Under the pieces are notes generated by a model. It saw nothing but the letters and a program-made list of their open reading frames with translations. It had not been told where the DNA came from and did no database searches. Positions 53,106 through 63,770 of a stretch of 64,000 nucleotides of DNA are shown here, in pieces. Numbering within the stretch: the first letter of the stretch is position 1; every line of letters begins with the position of its first letter. The stretch is from Lingula anatina (taxonomy: Eukaryota; Animalia; Brachiopoda), in the NCBI GenBank assembly GCA_051362555.1, contig CM120643.1, positions 27,284,848 to 27,348,847 on the forward strand, read 5' to 3'. Made by a program: the position numbers and the translations under genes.

Positions 53106-55080
53106 TTAGTTCAACAAAGTAAAGGAGATGCCGCAAAAAACAGCATTCAGAACCATGGATATCACAGCCAAGAGAAGCAGCGGTCCTGGGTTCATGAACT
53201 GTGACGTAGCGCCATTACAGTAGTCGGTATTACAGTAGCATTCTTCGCCAAATGCACCCCCTGACCCCTGGATACTACCAACGGAGCCCCCTCTACACGT
53301 AAAAATCGTGGAGTTTCCGCATTCTCTTTTGTATCCGACAATTGCTGAAATTAAGAAGTCCAATCATCATCTTGGTGCGCCTTCACGAATATTAATAACA
53401 GCAATTTATTTGAACTCTTTCTGGTGCATTCCCTAATTGCCGCCACCTGGCATTTTACATATATAAATTGTTTATTGAGCCTTTTTAAGTTTTGATCTCT
53501 CTTCTCTCTACCCGCACGAAAACGAAGTAGATACTCCAGCGCAGTAGACTACTGCAATCATACTGCAAACATGCTTCAAATATGCTTCGATGTGGGAGCT
53601 AATTAGCATATTTGAAACATGCTTCTATCATACTGCTAATCTACTGCATTAATGCTCCTCCTCTGTACAACCCTATGTAATTTTTGAAGTAGAATTGCAG
53701 TAGGCTATACTGCATTTCTACTGCAAAAATGCTCCACACCACTACTGCGTTAAAATATGCTTCTTTGCTACTTCGATACTACTGCATTTTTGTGCGGGTA
53801 TATACCTACCAAATCCGCCTGCTCCTATACCCCCATGTGATTTCTTACAAGAAACAGAGCAGTTCACTTTTGTGGCAGTAGTGGCCGCTTTAAAGATTTT
53901 ACCACAATCGCCTCCCTCCAAATCTTCACACTGGTAGCACATGACTGCTTCACCTGCAAATCATAATCAATTTTGGCAAAGAAAAGTCTTCGAAGTCCTA
54001 TCGTTATTCTTAGACTGCATTCCCACAGATTTTAGATCGATCTATCCCCGTGGAGAGTCTCACTAGATTACTGTAAGATTAGCAGGCTTAAATGTCTGTC
54101 CCGCCTACTAAAAGCTGTAAGGGGGGTAATTAACTTCCGTGCTGACAGTAATATAGCGTGAACCCCCAGGGAGTTAGGTCGATCCAGATGGATCGATCTA
54201 AATCTGTGGGAATGCAGTCTTAGATGCCTCAAAACCAATACTAAAAAGCAGACAAATAGGCCTATCATTTTATGTAAAATGTATGACAAGAAATTCTTAA
54301 AACTAACCATAGTTACTAACGTTTTACTATTTCTGATCAATTATATTAACTGGTCGTTAATTCAACTTAGTGTCTACAATTACTACAACTGTAATAAAAG
54401 ATGACCTTTCAGAGTTTAATGTCCCTTCCTTCGTGTATTATTTATCTTGTGTTCTGATAACGCTGTGTTTTCATAGTTTTCAATATGTGTTAACACAGTT
54501 TATTCTTCTTGTGTTTGTAACCATGTTATACAAGTATATAGCTCAGAGCAGACAGCAATGCATGGCAAGTGGTTTGAGGGCACTTGAATTATAAAATAAA
54601 GAGCATTCATATCGTGAAGAGCCGAGGTCTAGCAAGGCTAAGACCTAAATATGGCGGACCTAAATGAAAGGAAGACCGCGTAATCCTTCAATGGTCTGTC
54701 AATGACATTCATTAGCAGCTTTAGTAGGTGTGTCAGACATCTTTAGGGGAAAGCTGTTAAATCGATCTAGGTATGGGAACCCAACCTTAGATAGGGTTCC
54801 CATGCCTAGATCGATCCATCTTGATCGGTCTAACTCCCTAGGGAGTCTCACTAAATTGCTATCAACTTAACCGGCTTAAATGTCTGTCACGCCTACCGAA
54901 TCAGCTAGGGGGTAAATAAAATTACCCGCTAAGAGCTTTACTAGGCGTGACAGACATAAGTGAGCCTCCCCAGGGAGATAGATCGATTAAAATATCTGTG
55001 GGAATGGTTCCTTATACGTCCAGATTCGATCTATCTCAACAGGGATTCTCGCTAAGATACGGTTAACAGGGCCGTAGCCT

Positions 55081-55124
<44 letters not shown>

Positions 55125-55857
55125 GGGGGGCAGCTGCCCCCCCTGGGATTTAGAATTTTCCACACTGGTAGGGGGACACCCCCTCCCCTCTCGGGGGCTT
55201 CGCCCCCTCGTGTCCGCTTACTGCCCCCTGGCATTTTGCTCAGGCTACGGCCCTGGTTAATGTAATCAGCTTCGTTGTCTTACAAGTCCCCCAGCAACAT
55301 GAACAACATACAAATAGCTTTCCCGCCTTTACCGAAGTACTTTAAAGGTACATAAGAACTGAGCATCGGTGGAGCGTGGATTCCCAGTAACACATATACA
55401 ATGTATAAACCACTTCTACTAGTTTCTGATACGACTCAAATAAATTCGACATGCCAAGGGATAAAATGAATATATAACGCAATCAGCCAAAAAAAAAAAA
55501 AAGAGCTTTAGACTGCTCCTTTCTTTAAATTTTTGGTCAGAAATTTAACCTACTTTCATGACCTAGTTTTCTATCCCATTAATACACAGCGTAGAATGCT
55601 AGCAGAAAAATCCGTTCAAATATCATTTTTCGAGTAAAATAAAACAATGTTTTTGGTAATTCTTTTACTTATACTTCTTAAAACTATATACTGGCATTTG
55701 GTTGGGTTTTGTGGTCAAAAATGAAACTTCATATGCATCTTTAAGTTATGAGGGGTTTGTCAGACGATTCAGCTGATAACATTAGCTGTGCCCAGGCAAG
55801 AATCCCTGCTGAGATAGATCGACCCTGCTGGACCGATAACATTTCATCTGAACACAG

Positions 55858-55898
<41 letters not shown>

Positions 55899-56105
55899 GT
55901 GGGGGGCAGTAGGTCTACAGGCACGCAAGAGTTTGTTTAGGCCTATGCATATCGATTTCTACCTGTAATAAATGAAAAAAAAAACAGCGTATACGTAGTA
56001 GAGAAGAGCCTTCACTATGACCTAAACCTGACTATCAGTGTACCTACCGTAGGAATACAGTCCAAATAAAACCGCCAACCCAACGACAAACGTAAACGGC
56101 GCCAT
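53106..56105 (-). CDS. Quiver/sleepless-like Ly6/uPAR three-finger protein, 3 exons, 146 aa, probably GPI-anchored
   Basis: Exons 56105-56048 (MAPFTFVVGLAVLFGLYSY, signal peptide), 53953-53810 and 53344-53106; two phase-1 GT-AG introns; 441 nt total. Ten Cys from CYQC to CYCNTDYCN, then GATS and a hydrophobic tail. Confidence 0.88.
53511..53798. mobile_element. TA-flanked MITE in intron 2 of the Ly6 gene
   Basis: TA|CCCGCACGAAAACGAAGTAG ... CTACTGCATTTTTGTGCGGG|TA; internal TACTGC repeats. Confidence 0.7.
54013..54219. mobile_element. PIF/Harbinger-like MITE (GATCGATC family), copy 3
   Basis: TTA|GACTGCATTCCCACAGATTT ... AAATCTGTGGGAATGCAGTC|TTA, perfect 20-bp TIR. Confidence 0.85.
54790..55011. 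mobile_element. PIF/Harbinger-like MITE (GATCGATC family), copy 4, preceded by the end of another copy at ~54715-54786
   Basis: TTA flanks; shares GGAGTCTCACTA..GGCTTAAATGTCTGTC..GCCTAC core and ATCTGTGGGAATGG end. Confidence 0.7.
55067..55255. mobile_element. hAT-like MITE with 5-bp GTTAA TSD and a ~41-nt G run
   Basis: GTTAA|CAGGGCCGTAGCCT ... AGGCTACGGCCCTG|GTTAA, perfect 14-bp TIR. Confidence 0.85.
55346..55740. mobile_element. Kolobok-like non-autonomous element
   Basis: TTAA|AGGTACATA ... TATGCATCT|TTAA; the right half resembles ~50810-51016 (AGCAGAAAAATCCGTTCAA...). Confidence 0.55.
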
Positions 56106-57441
56106 GTCTGTCACTGCAGGGGAACCTTGTGGACAACAACACTCTACTTGAAACGTAAAACCTTATAACCGGACTACGTTTTCTAAACAAAGAGAGCCTG
56201 AGTCTTCCTTCTGATAACACAGCCAACGAGTTTTGTACTTGAATCGAGTGGCGTATGGTATATGAGAAACGGGGACTGTCCAATTGTCCTCACCAGCTCT
56301 GCCACGCCAAGTTCGGCTGTCTTAGATAAAGCATAAAACATGCCTAGTAGAGTTTGATTGCGAAATTACCCATGTATTATTGAACACAACGTTGCTTCAT
56401 TTGTGTTGCTCACTATTGAGTTGAATTTCCTTTATTGTCATACTTCTTTGTCACATTCGATCGGCGTTTAAAAAAGTGTTCAGGAAGCAAAGCATGAAAG
56501 AATAGCAAAACCCATACAGGTACACATATCAAATGTTCAACCAATCAGAACAACTCCCGTTCACTTGCTTAGATTGTGTTTCTTGTATGGTTCTCACACC
56601 TTTTTATTATTTGGTTAAACCTAAGGTCAACACCAAGTACGGTTGAGCGTTCGCCTTATTTTTCGGTTCAAAGAACTTCTGAGGTCACTATACAATATGA
56701 AAAACTGGCTGCTTTACATGTGCTTTGTTACAAGATAAATACAGTTCATGGACCCAGGACCGCTGTCTTGGGGACATCAACGCTTTGTATTGACATGTTG
56801 ACATTCTTAGATTTGCTGGCGTCTTCTAGGCCCGACCACCAGCATAACGTATTGAGCTCCGTTATGAGCTCCATTAATATATCAGAATTGTGAATAGATG
56901 TATTTATCCTTTTTTCGCAAAGAACTGCACTGCAGCAAAGTTCCCAGGCTCAACGGGAAAGAAATAATAAACCACAGTCTCTAGAGTCACTTATATAGAG
57001 CTCCGGGACATAAACTGGAGAAAATGTCTGTGTTGGGGGTGGGAGAGGGGGGTGGAGGCCAACAGCTACCAGTCTCCAGTATACCCACTTTGGTGCGCAT
57101 CTTGAAGGGGGGTGCTACATGCACTACTTCTAATGGAATAAAATGGCTCACAGGTAATCCCCCGCCCCTTCCCCGCACCCCACAACCCTGCAGCGGAATC
57201 CTTGTATAGACACCTCCTTCCACAGTTTTTTTTTCTTGGATGTAAACGGGGGAGGGGGGTATTGGGGTAAAGAATGGTGCAAGCGGGGGCCTAGAGGGGG
57301 GCTCAAGGAATGAACTGTTCAAAATACCCCCTTTTGACAGGAAAAATTAAATTCACCTGTTAGAAGAATACAGGTTCTTAAAAACGTTGTTTCAACTGTC
57401 TTTTTTTAAATAAATTCTCTGAGCATTTCGGCTACCTGTTG

Positions 57442-57477
<36 letters not shown>

Positions 57478-58085
57478 GAATTAAGAAATTAACATTTCTT
57501 TTCATTTACTATAATTTTCTGCTTAAATTGTTACTGAAAACCGGGTTTTGAGCACCAAGTAGTTTTTTTCCAAATACTGATCATGATCATCTTTTTGAGT
57601 ACAAACATGTTGGGGTTATTTTCTTGTTTTTAATTCTCTTTGACCAAAGAAATTAAATATTTTTTATAAATATATATTGAAAGAAAGATATGACTAAGGT
57701 AATATCAATAATTGCTTTACTTCAGATTATTGTAATTACTCCATGTACATTTTTCCCTGAATGAAGTAGGCCAAAATATTCAGTAATGAAGTTTGCCCTT
57801 TTGTGACTATCACTGTTTCACAAGGGATCTTACAAGTGCCTGAGGGCTCATTCCCAATGTAACTATTGTTCTACATAGATCAATGTAGGCCCAATTCTGT
57901 GGGGATTCATGCTGAATGCAACCACAGTAACACCTTTCTCTTGGTGCTGAGTAGAATACAGTAAAACAGGTGATGACACGAGTTGAAGAAGAGGAGCCCT
58001 CAGTGCACCCGCCTGTTGACAGCCCCCCCCCAAATACCCCGAAATAAAAAAAAACTCCGTACAAGTTCAGTTATATAGCCTGATG

Positions 58086-58236
58086 GTCTCAATTACATGT
58101 AACAATATTCTCAGTATGGTAAGTTAAATGTTCCACACTTTCTCTCCCTCCTGTAAGTCTCAATTACTGTACATGTAACAATATTCTCAGTATGGTAAGT
58201 TAAATGTTCCACACTTTCTCTCCCTCCTGTAAGTCT
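58086..58236. repeat. Tandem duplication (~71-76 bp) covering the stop codon of the minus-strand ORF
   Basis: ACATGTAACAATATTCTCAGTATGGTAAGTTAAATGTTCCACACTTTCTCTCCCTCCTGTAAGTCT present twice. Confidence 0.9.
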
Positions 58237-58949
58237 TCCTTATTTTTCTGGAAACCCGTTTCCAGTGCAGATCCCTCAGAGCTGAAATCTTCACCATCTC
58301 TCGGTGGTTTTCTTGGCTGAAAACGGGATGCATATCTGGATGAATAACCTGATATTCCACTCTGTTTTCCTCCCACAATTCCTTCCTCTGGCAAGTGTTC
58401 TTTGTAATCGGAGCTCTGCAGTGGGTTATCGTAAAACTGCCGGTCAGCGGCACTTTGTTTAGTAGGCTCCTCATTAGAGCTGTTGGAGTACAGGGATCGC
58501 AGGTCAACCTTTTCCTGGGCCAGCTGTCCATTTTCCATCAAAACTACATGATAAGGTTTGTTTTCTATAGCTGCTATCTTCAAATAACTGGTGTCGGGGA
58601 GAGAGGAGTTCATTATATTTTTTCTAAACTTCATTTTTTGGTGTATCACACCATAACTGTGACCCCCCAAAATAAAAATAGGTATCTGAATCATCAGCTT
58701 CCTGCGGTCCTCCCTTAACCTCGGCATTATCTGTTCTTTCCATGTTTGAGGATTTGCTAAACTTTGAACTGCCTTCAAATTGAGCTTTTTTCCTCGAAAT
58801 ATACAATAAAGTGGAGGAAATGAGGCAAAGAGAAGGCTGCAGCCTAAAGCTGACTTTCTTCCCTTCTTTCTTATTGCCTCTGTTACTTCCATTTCCTCGG
58901 CAGTTAAGTGGTCCACACCCCTGAAACCTGGAGGAGGGGCAATCGACAT
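58200..58949 (-). CDS. Uncharacterised 249-aa protein, possibly a divergent OCIA-domain (OCIAD/Asrij-like) protein
   Basis: Long ORF in AT-rich DNA; strong acceptor TTTTCTCTTCTCCTCAG 37 nt upstream of an AAGATG start; two moderately hydrophobic segments, then a polar low-complexity tail. LTAEEMEV and IPIFILGGHSYG..KF recall OCIA by eye only. Confidence 0.6.
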   Translation of the reverse strand: MSIAPPPGFRGVDHLTAEEMEVTEAIRKKGRKSALGCSLLFASFPPLYCIFRGKKLNLKAVQSLANPQTWKEQIMPRLREDRRKLMIQIPIFILGGHSYGVIHQKMKFRKNIMNSSLPDTSYLKIAAIENKPYHVVLMENGQLAQEKVDLRSLYSNSSNEEPTKQSAADRQFYDNPLQSSDYKEHLPEEGIVGGKQSGISGYSSRYASRFQPRKPPRDGEDFSSEGSALETGFQKNKEDLQEGEKVWNI

Positions 58950-59512
58950 CTTTCTCCCACATTAACACTTGGATGGAATCTTGAAGCTGAGGAGAAGAGA
59001 AAATATACCATTATTAGGTGGAATAAACTTGAACTGAAAATGCAGTCTACTGTTAGTTTGAGCAGAAGTGGACTGGGAAGGAAGAGAAATGCATTGTTGA
59101 ATTAAACTACTAGTATATTTGCTAAGGGGGGGAAGGGGCACTTTTTTCCAGTATGCTTGATTTTGTCATGTAAATAGAGCAAGTAGTTATAAAGACTGCC
59201 CCTTAACTTAAATGTACATGGCAGGCTTCCATTTGTATGCAGTTTTGTGGTGACTATGGTCAGTTCCTCTACTATCTACCCTAATTAGTTTTGCAATTTA
59301 TTTACTAATACTTATTGTTGGATGTGCACAAAGAATCACTTGAATATAAAATCATAAACAAATTTTCAAAACAATTTAATTGAAGAGCTGAGACACTGTC
59401 TAAATACGCCATATAGATGAATTCTGAATCATTAAGAAAATACATGTAGACTTGTAATTTTTCTTGGGGAAAGTGGGCATGCAGCTTCAGTAAAGAATAA
59501 TTGATGCATGTA

Positions 59513-61305
59513 CTCTGAAGTGCCGAATAAGAGTGCCTACCGGAATAACAGTGCCCCCCGGAAAACTTTCCAAAATTAATAACAGTGCCTAGCGGAATAA
59601 CTGTGCCCCCTGGAAAAATTCCCGATATTTAATAACAGTGCCTAGCGGAATAACTGTGCCCCCCGGAAAATTTTATCAATTTTGATAATTTCAATGAATA
59701 ATTGTAATGGCAATTTTAAATTATATTCAAATCTGGAAAAATTATGTTTATTAAACATAAAAAAACACAATATCTAGACAAATTTACCTTTGATTTTATA
59801 CACATAGTTTAACATATTTTAACTATTTAGAGTAATCTCTATCACCAAGCTCCCCTGGAAAATTTTTTCAATCGAGGTGCAATTTGGTGCATTTTAGGGA
59901 ATTTATGTAATTTTTTTTTACATCTTATGTGTCACTGAATTGTCTTGTTTTAGATGTTTTGAGGAATTAATTTAGTAATGACATAACAAAGGTTTAGACA
60001 AAATTTATTTCCCTGTCTATGCATTCACTCAGTTTAGTCAATCTTGAAGTTTAAGGTTCAGCAGCAGCAGTTCCTATAATGCTAATTTAAACTTTCAAAA
60101 ATTATAGAACATACTATTTCAAAAAAAAAAAAAAAAAATTAACTACTTTAATACTTACAGGAATCAAGAAAAGGGGCTTCCTATATTGAATTATTTTTGG
60201 ATTGACCAAAAAGTTGATATAATATGTTGTTCTTACCATTTTTCACCTTTCTGAAAGTAACTTTGCGTGTGGGAGCGCTTCATCCTTAAATAAAACTGCG
60301 GCAAAAAATGTTCTCTCCTGTCGTTCAGCGCAAAGCGACTCCCGCTACTAATTATACGTAGTTTGAGATGTAATTTATAATCAACAACTTCAAACACCGT
60401 GAAATGAATTTTTCAGAATTAAAGAGATTAAAATCACACTTATCACCAATTTGAGTTCTTCGTTTGTTCATTTATATGATTCTATTCAGTGATGGAAATT
60501 CATATTCAATGCACACGAAATACTGACGTGACCCAGTTTTACAACGCTACTGCTTTCACAAAACTAACCCGTAAATCAGTAAAAAATCTTCTCCAAATTT
60601 ATAAAATCAACAAAGTGCACTTAATTTTCTCCATTTTTATCAGTGAATTAACGTAAACTATAAAAACACACAACAGGCGGTCTTAATTTCGGAACATGAC
60701 GAAGTGACAGAGAAAGTGTATTTGTGACGTGACGAAATGTTGTCGAGAGCAGTTGCCTCGTTTCGCTCTGTCTCGTATACTTCAAATAAAGCACAGAACT
60801 GCGAAAACGAGGCACTCACAGGGAGATGGCATACGCGCATGCGTATTTTCGTTACTACTAAATCAAGTGCTCAGAAGCATGGGATTACGTTACAGTATGT
60901 AAATAGAATGCCATATTTGCTTAGAAATAAATATAAATTTCAGTCAGCATGAGTGAAAATATACTTTTTTGTTCCATTCAGCCCAGCGAGGCGGTGCTTT
61001 TGACAAATTTTAACGCGGCGCCTCGCTCTTTATATGCTGGAGAAACACTGCAGCTTTTATTTACGCTAAAAACAAGTTCGAGTGTAGTGCTTGCGACAGG
61101 TCATTAATAATTATTAACTTGTCCAATGAAACGATCATCAACATTTCTGAAACGATCAAAAATATTTCCAACCGGCACAGTGAGTGCCAAATAAGCGTGC
61201 CGTGTGGAAAATTATTAATCGTGCCGGGGAGAATAAGATCGTGCCGGGTGGAAAATATCCGGAAAAAAAATAAACGTGCCGGCACGTTTATTTGGCACTT
61301 CAGAG
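59513..61305. mobile_element. ~1.8-kb TA-flanked non-autonomous DNA transposon (Tc1/mariner/pogo-type by TSD) with subterminal repeats
   Basis: TA|CTCTGAAGTGCCGAATAA ... TTATTTGGCACTTCAGAG|TA (17/18 match); AATAA..GTGCC repeats at 59520-59670 and 61180-61300; no transposase ORF. Confidence 0.8.
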
Positions 61306-62236
61306 TAAATGACTGCTGAGATGTGAATTAAGTGGTGAAGAAACTAAATGTTCGCTAGGCAAGTTTGATTGGACCCTTGTTATACTGTTTCCTGAGGCAA
61401 GAATGGGGGAGAAAGGATTAACTTTGAAGCTTGGGGTGAAGTCCACAGTGCACCCCCCCCCCCCATCCCCCCCCCCCCTCCTCCGCCATTATTAAGTACT
61501 GTATATGAAAGACATTAACGCTACCACATTTTCAACTGAAAGTTTCTGCATTTTACAACACTATTATTAGTTATTAGTTCTTACTGCAAATATAATATGT
61601 TCTGATTTGTACTCTACCATTTAGTTTTCATGACAATGAGATTGCGTAAACATTTACATAACGTCCATCTTGCAAACAGACGGAGGTCATCTGAAAAGGA
61701 CAAAGCATGCGCATGTATCTTCATATTACAAAAGAGCACAGCAATGTTAGAAATCAGACAAAACTCGTACTTTGTCTTGAAATGCTATCTCTACAGATAT
61801 TTTTGCTCGCAAGCTACCTGTAGGTTGCAGCCTTTACGCCAAAATGTCTGCCCACAATCACGTTCGTCTGTACACATCGGTAGACATTGTTTGCCCTTTT
61901 TCTAAGTAGTAATTATTTGCCTGCTGATGGGTCCTAGAGCTTTACCAAAATCTTACCCCTGTCAAAATGCAAGGTTTGTTATGCGCTTATTTCCAAAACT
62001 TATACTGCATTTTTAATCAATGAATGTTTAAACTGTTTGGTCAAGCACTGTCTTTTTCTAGGCATTAATTATCGAAAAGTAAAACATGGGCGCCGAGCAG
62101 CTTGTTTGAGATCTTGTTACTTTCTTAATGAAAGATGCATGTTCGGCTGTTACCTTGATTGATTAATCAGCCTGGTTAGTGAACCAAAAATCCACCGACA
62201 ATGACTTTAAAACGCCATACTAGTCTACCATAGACC

Positions 62237-62407
62237 CCATTCAGAATAGGGAACTAACTAGTCCAAGGGTCAAATATGGCCGACCCACTTGAATACGGGA
62301 TATCTAATACTATTCAGTGTCTACTGGTATTAGTGGATTAGACGGCAATCTTTGTAGTTGATCGCCATATTCTATCCTCGGACTATTTAGCCCCCTATTT
62401 TAAATGG
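62237..62407. mobile_element. Old palindromic MITE-like element
   Basis: CCATTCAGAATAGGGAACTAACTAGTCCAAGG..AATATGGC pairs imperfectly with GCCATATT..CCTCGGACTATTTAGCCCCCTATTTTAAATGG. Confidence 0.6.
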
Positions 62408-62921
62408 CCCCCATAAACCCTATCAAAATAGCTTAACTATTTTAAACTATACCCCCCCCCCCAACCCCGTCTCCTCTAATATACCAGTAGCCAGACTTAT
62501 GCTGACAGTGTGATGATGATGGTGCTGGGGGTGGAAGGAAGAGGGGGGATGGAAGGAAGTCTCAGGGATACATTCTCTTGGTGCATATAAAATGGTGGAC
62601 ACAAGGACAAGGCTTATGGTTTTCAGTGGTTTATTTGCATTTGGATATGCCTGTATATATTGATACACTCTGTTAATACATAACTTACAGCAAACATACT
62701 GGTATTTTGGTAAATTGAAGATAAATCGATACATTTGCATAGCATCCTGCAACTACAGTGTGATTTAATGCTGGTGACTATTTACATTTTTTCCTACTTT
62801 TTCTTTCTTTTTTATTTAGTTTACGCTTACATTGCATACTGAATTATAAGTAATTTTCTACCATACACAGACTATTGTAGCTGTGACCTTTAAATTTGAC
62901 ATAACATTGATAATTTCAGAT

Positions 62922-63770
62922 ATGATGACCATCGCAGAAATCAAAAAGAATATTTTAACTTCACCAGTAGTGACACCAGTGGTGCTAAGACCACACGCAA
63001 GCCACAGAGGAGCTGGTCAGCTCAGTCACCATCAACATTCACAGGTTTTAGATATGAACAGTCCAAATGTTGTATTGCCCAACAACAGTCATACTGGAGA
63101 GAAGGAAAAGTTCAGAGAATTAACAATGGATGAACTTAGAAATTATAGACTGAAAAGAGCATCTGTTCTGGTCCCTCTGTTACTTGCTGGTGGTGAGCTG
63201 TATGTTCTTCTAACAAAACGTTCTATGAAAGTTCGCAGTCACAAGGGGCAAGTGGCGCTCCCTGGGGGTGCCTTCGATGCCACATGTGACAGGACAGACG
63301 TAGATACTGCGTTAAGAGAAACAGAGGAAGAGGTTGGATTAATGGCGGAGAAGGCGGAGGTGATTGGTCAGTTGACGCCATTGATTTCTGCCGCTGGATA
63401 CCTCGTAACTCCCATCATTGCCATAATTCAGGAGTTTAAGCCGCTCTTGAACAGGGATGAAGTAGAGGATGTCTTCTACTTGCCTCTTAGACGATTCCTT
63501 TCCAATGATAGACATCACCATTCTCAGTCCACTTCGTACAAAATTCCATTGCACTACTTCACTGACACAGTAGATGGGAAAGAGTTTAACACTTGGGGCT
63601 TAACGGCTTTAATATGTATTGCCATGGCGATGATTGTGTTTCAAAAGCAGACTGATTTTATTGTGGATTCTGACATAAAGGTCACATTGGAGAATCCAAC
63701 AGCAGTCCATGACGCCATGTTGAGTTACATGAATGAAGAGGAGTCCAAGGTTGTCAGTAGTAAACTGTGA
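62922..63770 (+). CDS. NUDT7: Peroxisomal coenzyme A diphosphatase (Nudix hydrolase 7-like), 282 aa
   Basis: ASVLVPL; CoA-Nudix motif LLTKRSMKVRSHKGQVALPGG; Nudix box GGAFDATCDRTDVDTALRETEEEVGL; N.DEVEDVFYLPL; TWGLTA; C-terminal SKL (PTS1). The ATG at 62922 follows the acceptor TTTCAG (ends 62919). Confidence 0.92.
   Translation: MMTIAEIKKNILTSPVVTPVVLRPHASHRGAGQLSHHQHSQVLDMNSPNVVLPNNSHTGEKEKFRELTMDELRNYRLKRASVLVPLLLAGGELYVLLTKRSMKVRSHKGQVALPGGAFDATCDRTDVDTALRETEEEVGLMAEKAEVIGQLTPLISAAGYLVTPIIAIIQEFKPLLNRDEVEDVFYLPLRRFLSNDRHHHSQSTSYKIPLHYFTDTVDGKEFNTWGLTALICIAMAMIVFQKQTDFIVDSDIKVTLENPTAVHDAMLSYMNEEESKVVSSKL

Noticed and set aside
9385-56105. Functional cluster of temptin-monooxygenase, GPCR and Ly6 as one signalling system
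   Set aside because: The genes are about 18 kb apart, and adjacency in animal genomes rarely implies a shared pathway; it would need conserved microsynteny and co-expression, which I cannot assess.
58624-58968. 114-aa alternative-frame ORF, in frame with ATG|GTAAG at 60239-60237
   Set aside because: No recognisable protein features and it overlaps the longer 249-aa ORF; at most an overlapping uORF, unsupported without transcripts.
59520-59670. Regularly spaced AATAACAGTGCC repeats as a CRISPR-like array
   Set aside because: The intervening sequences are themselves repeated; these are subterminal repeats of the TIR element.
62883-62921. GTG-started N-terminal extension of NUDT7 in the ORF track
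   Set aside because: It lies upstream of a TTTCAG acceptor, so it is probably intronic; the ATG at 62922 is more plausible.
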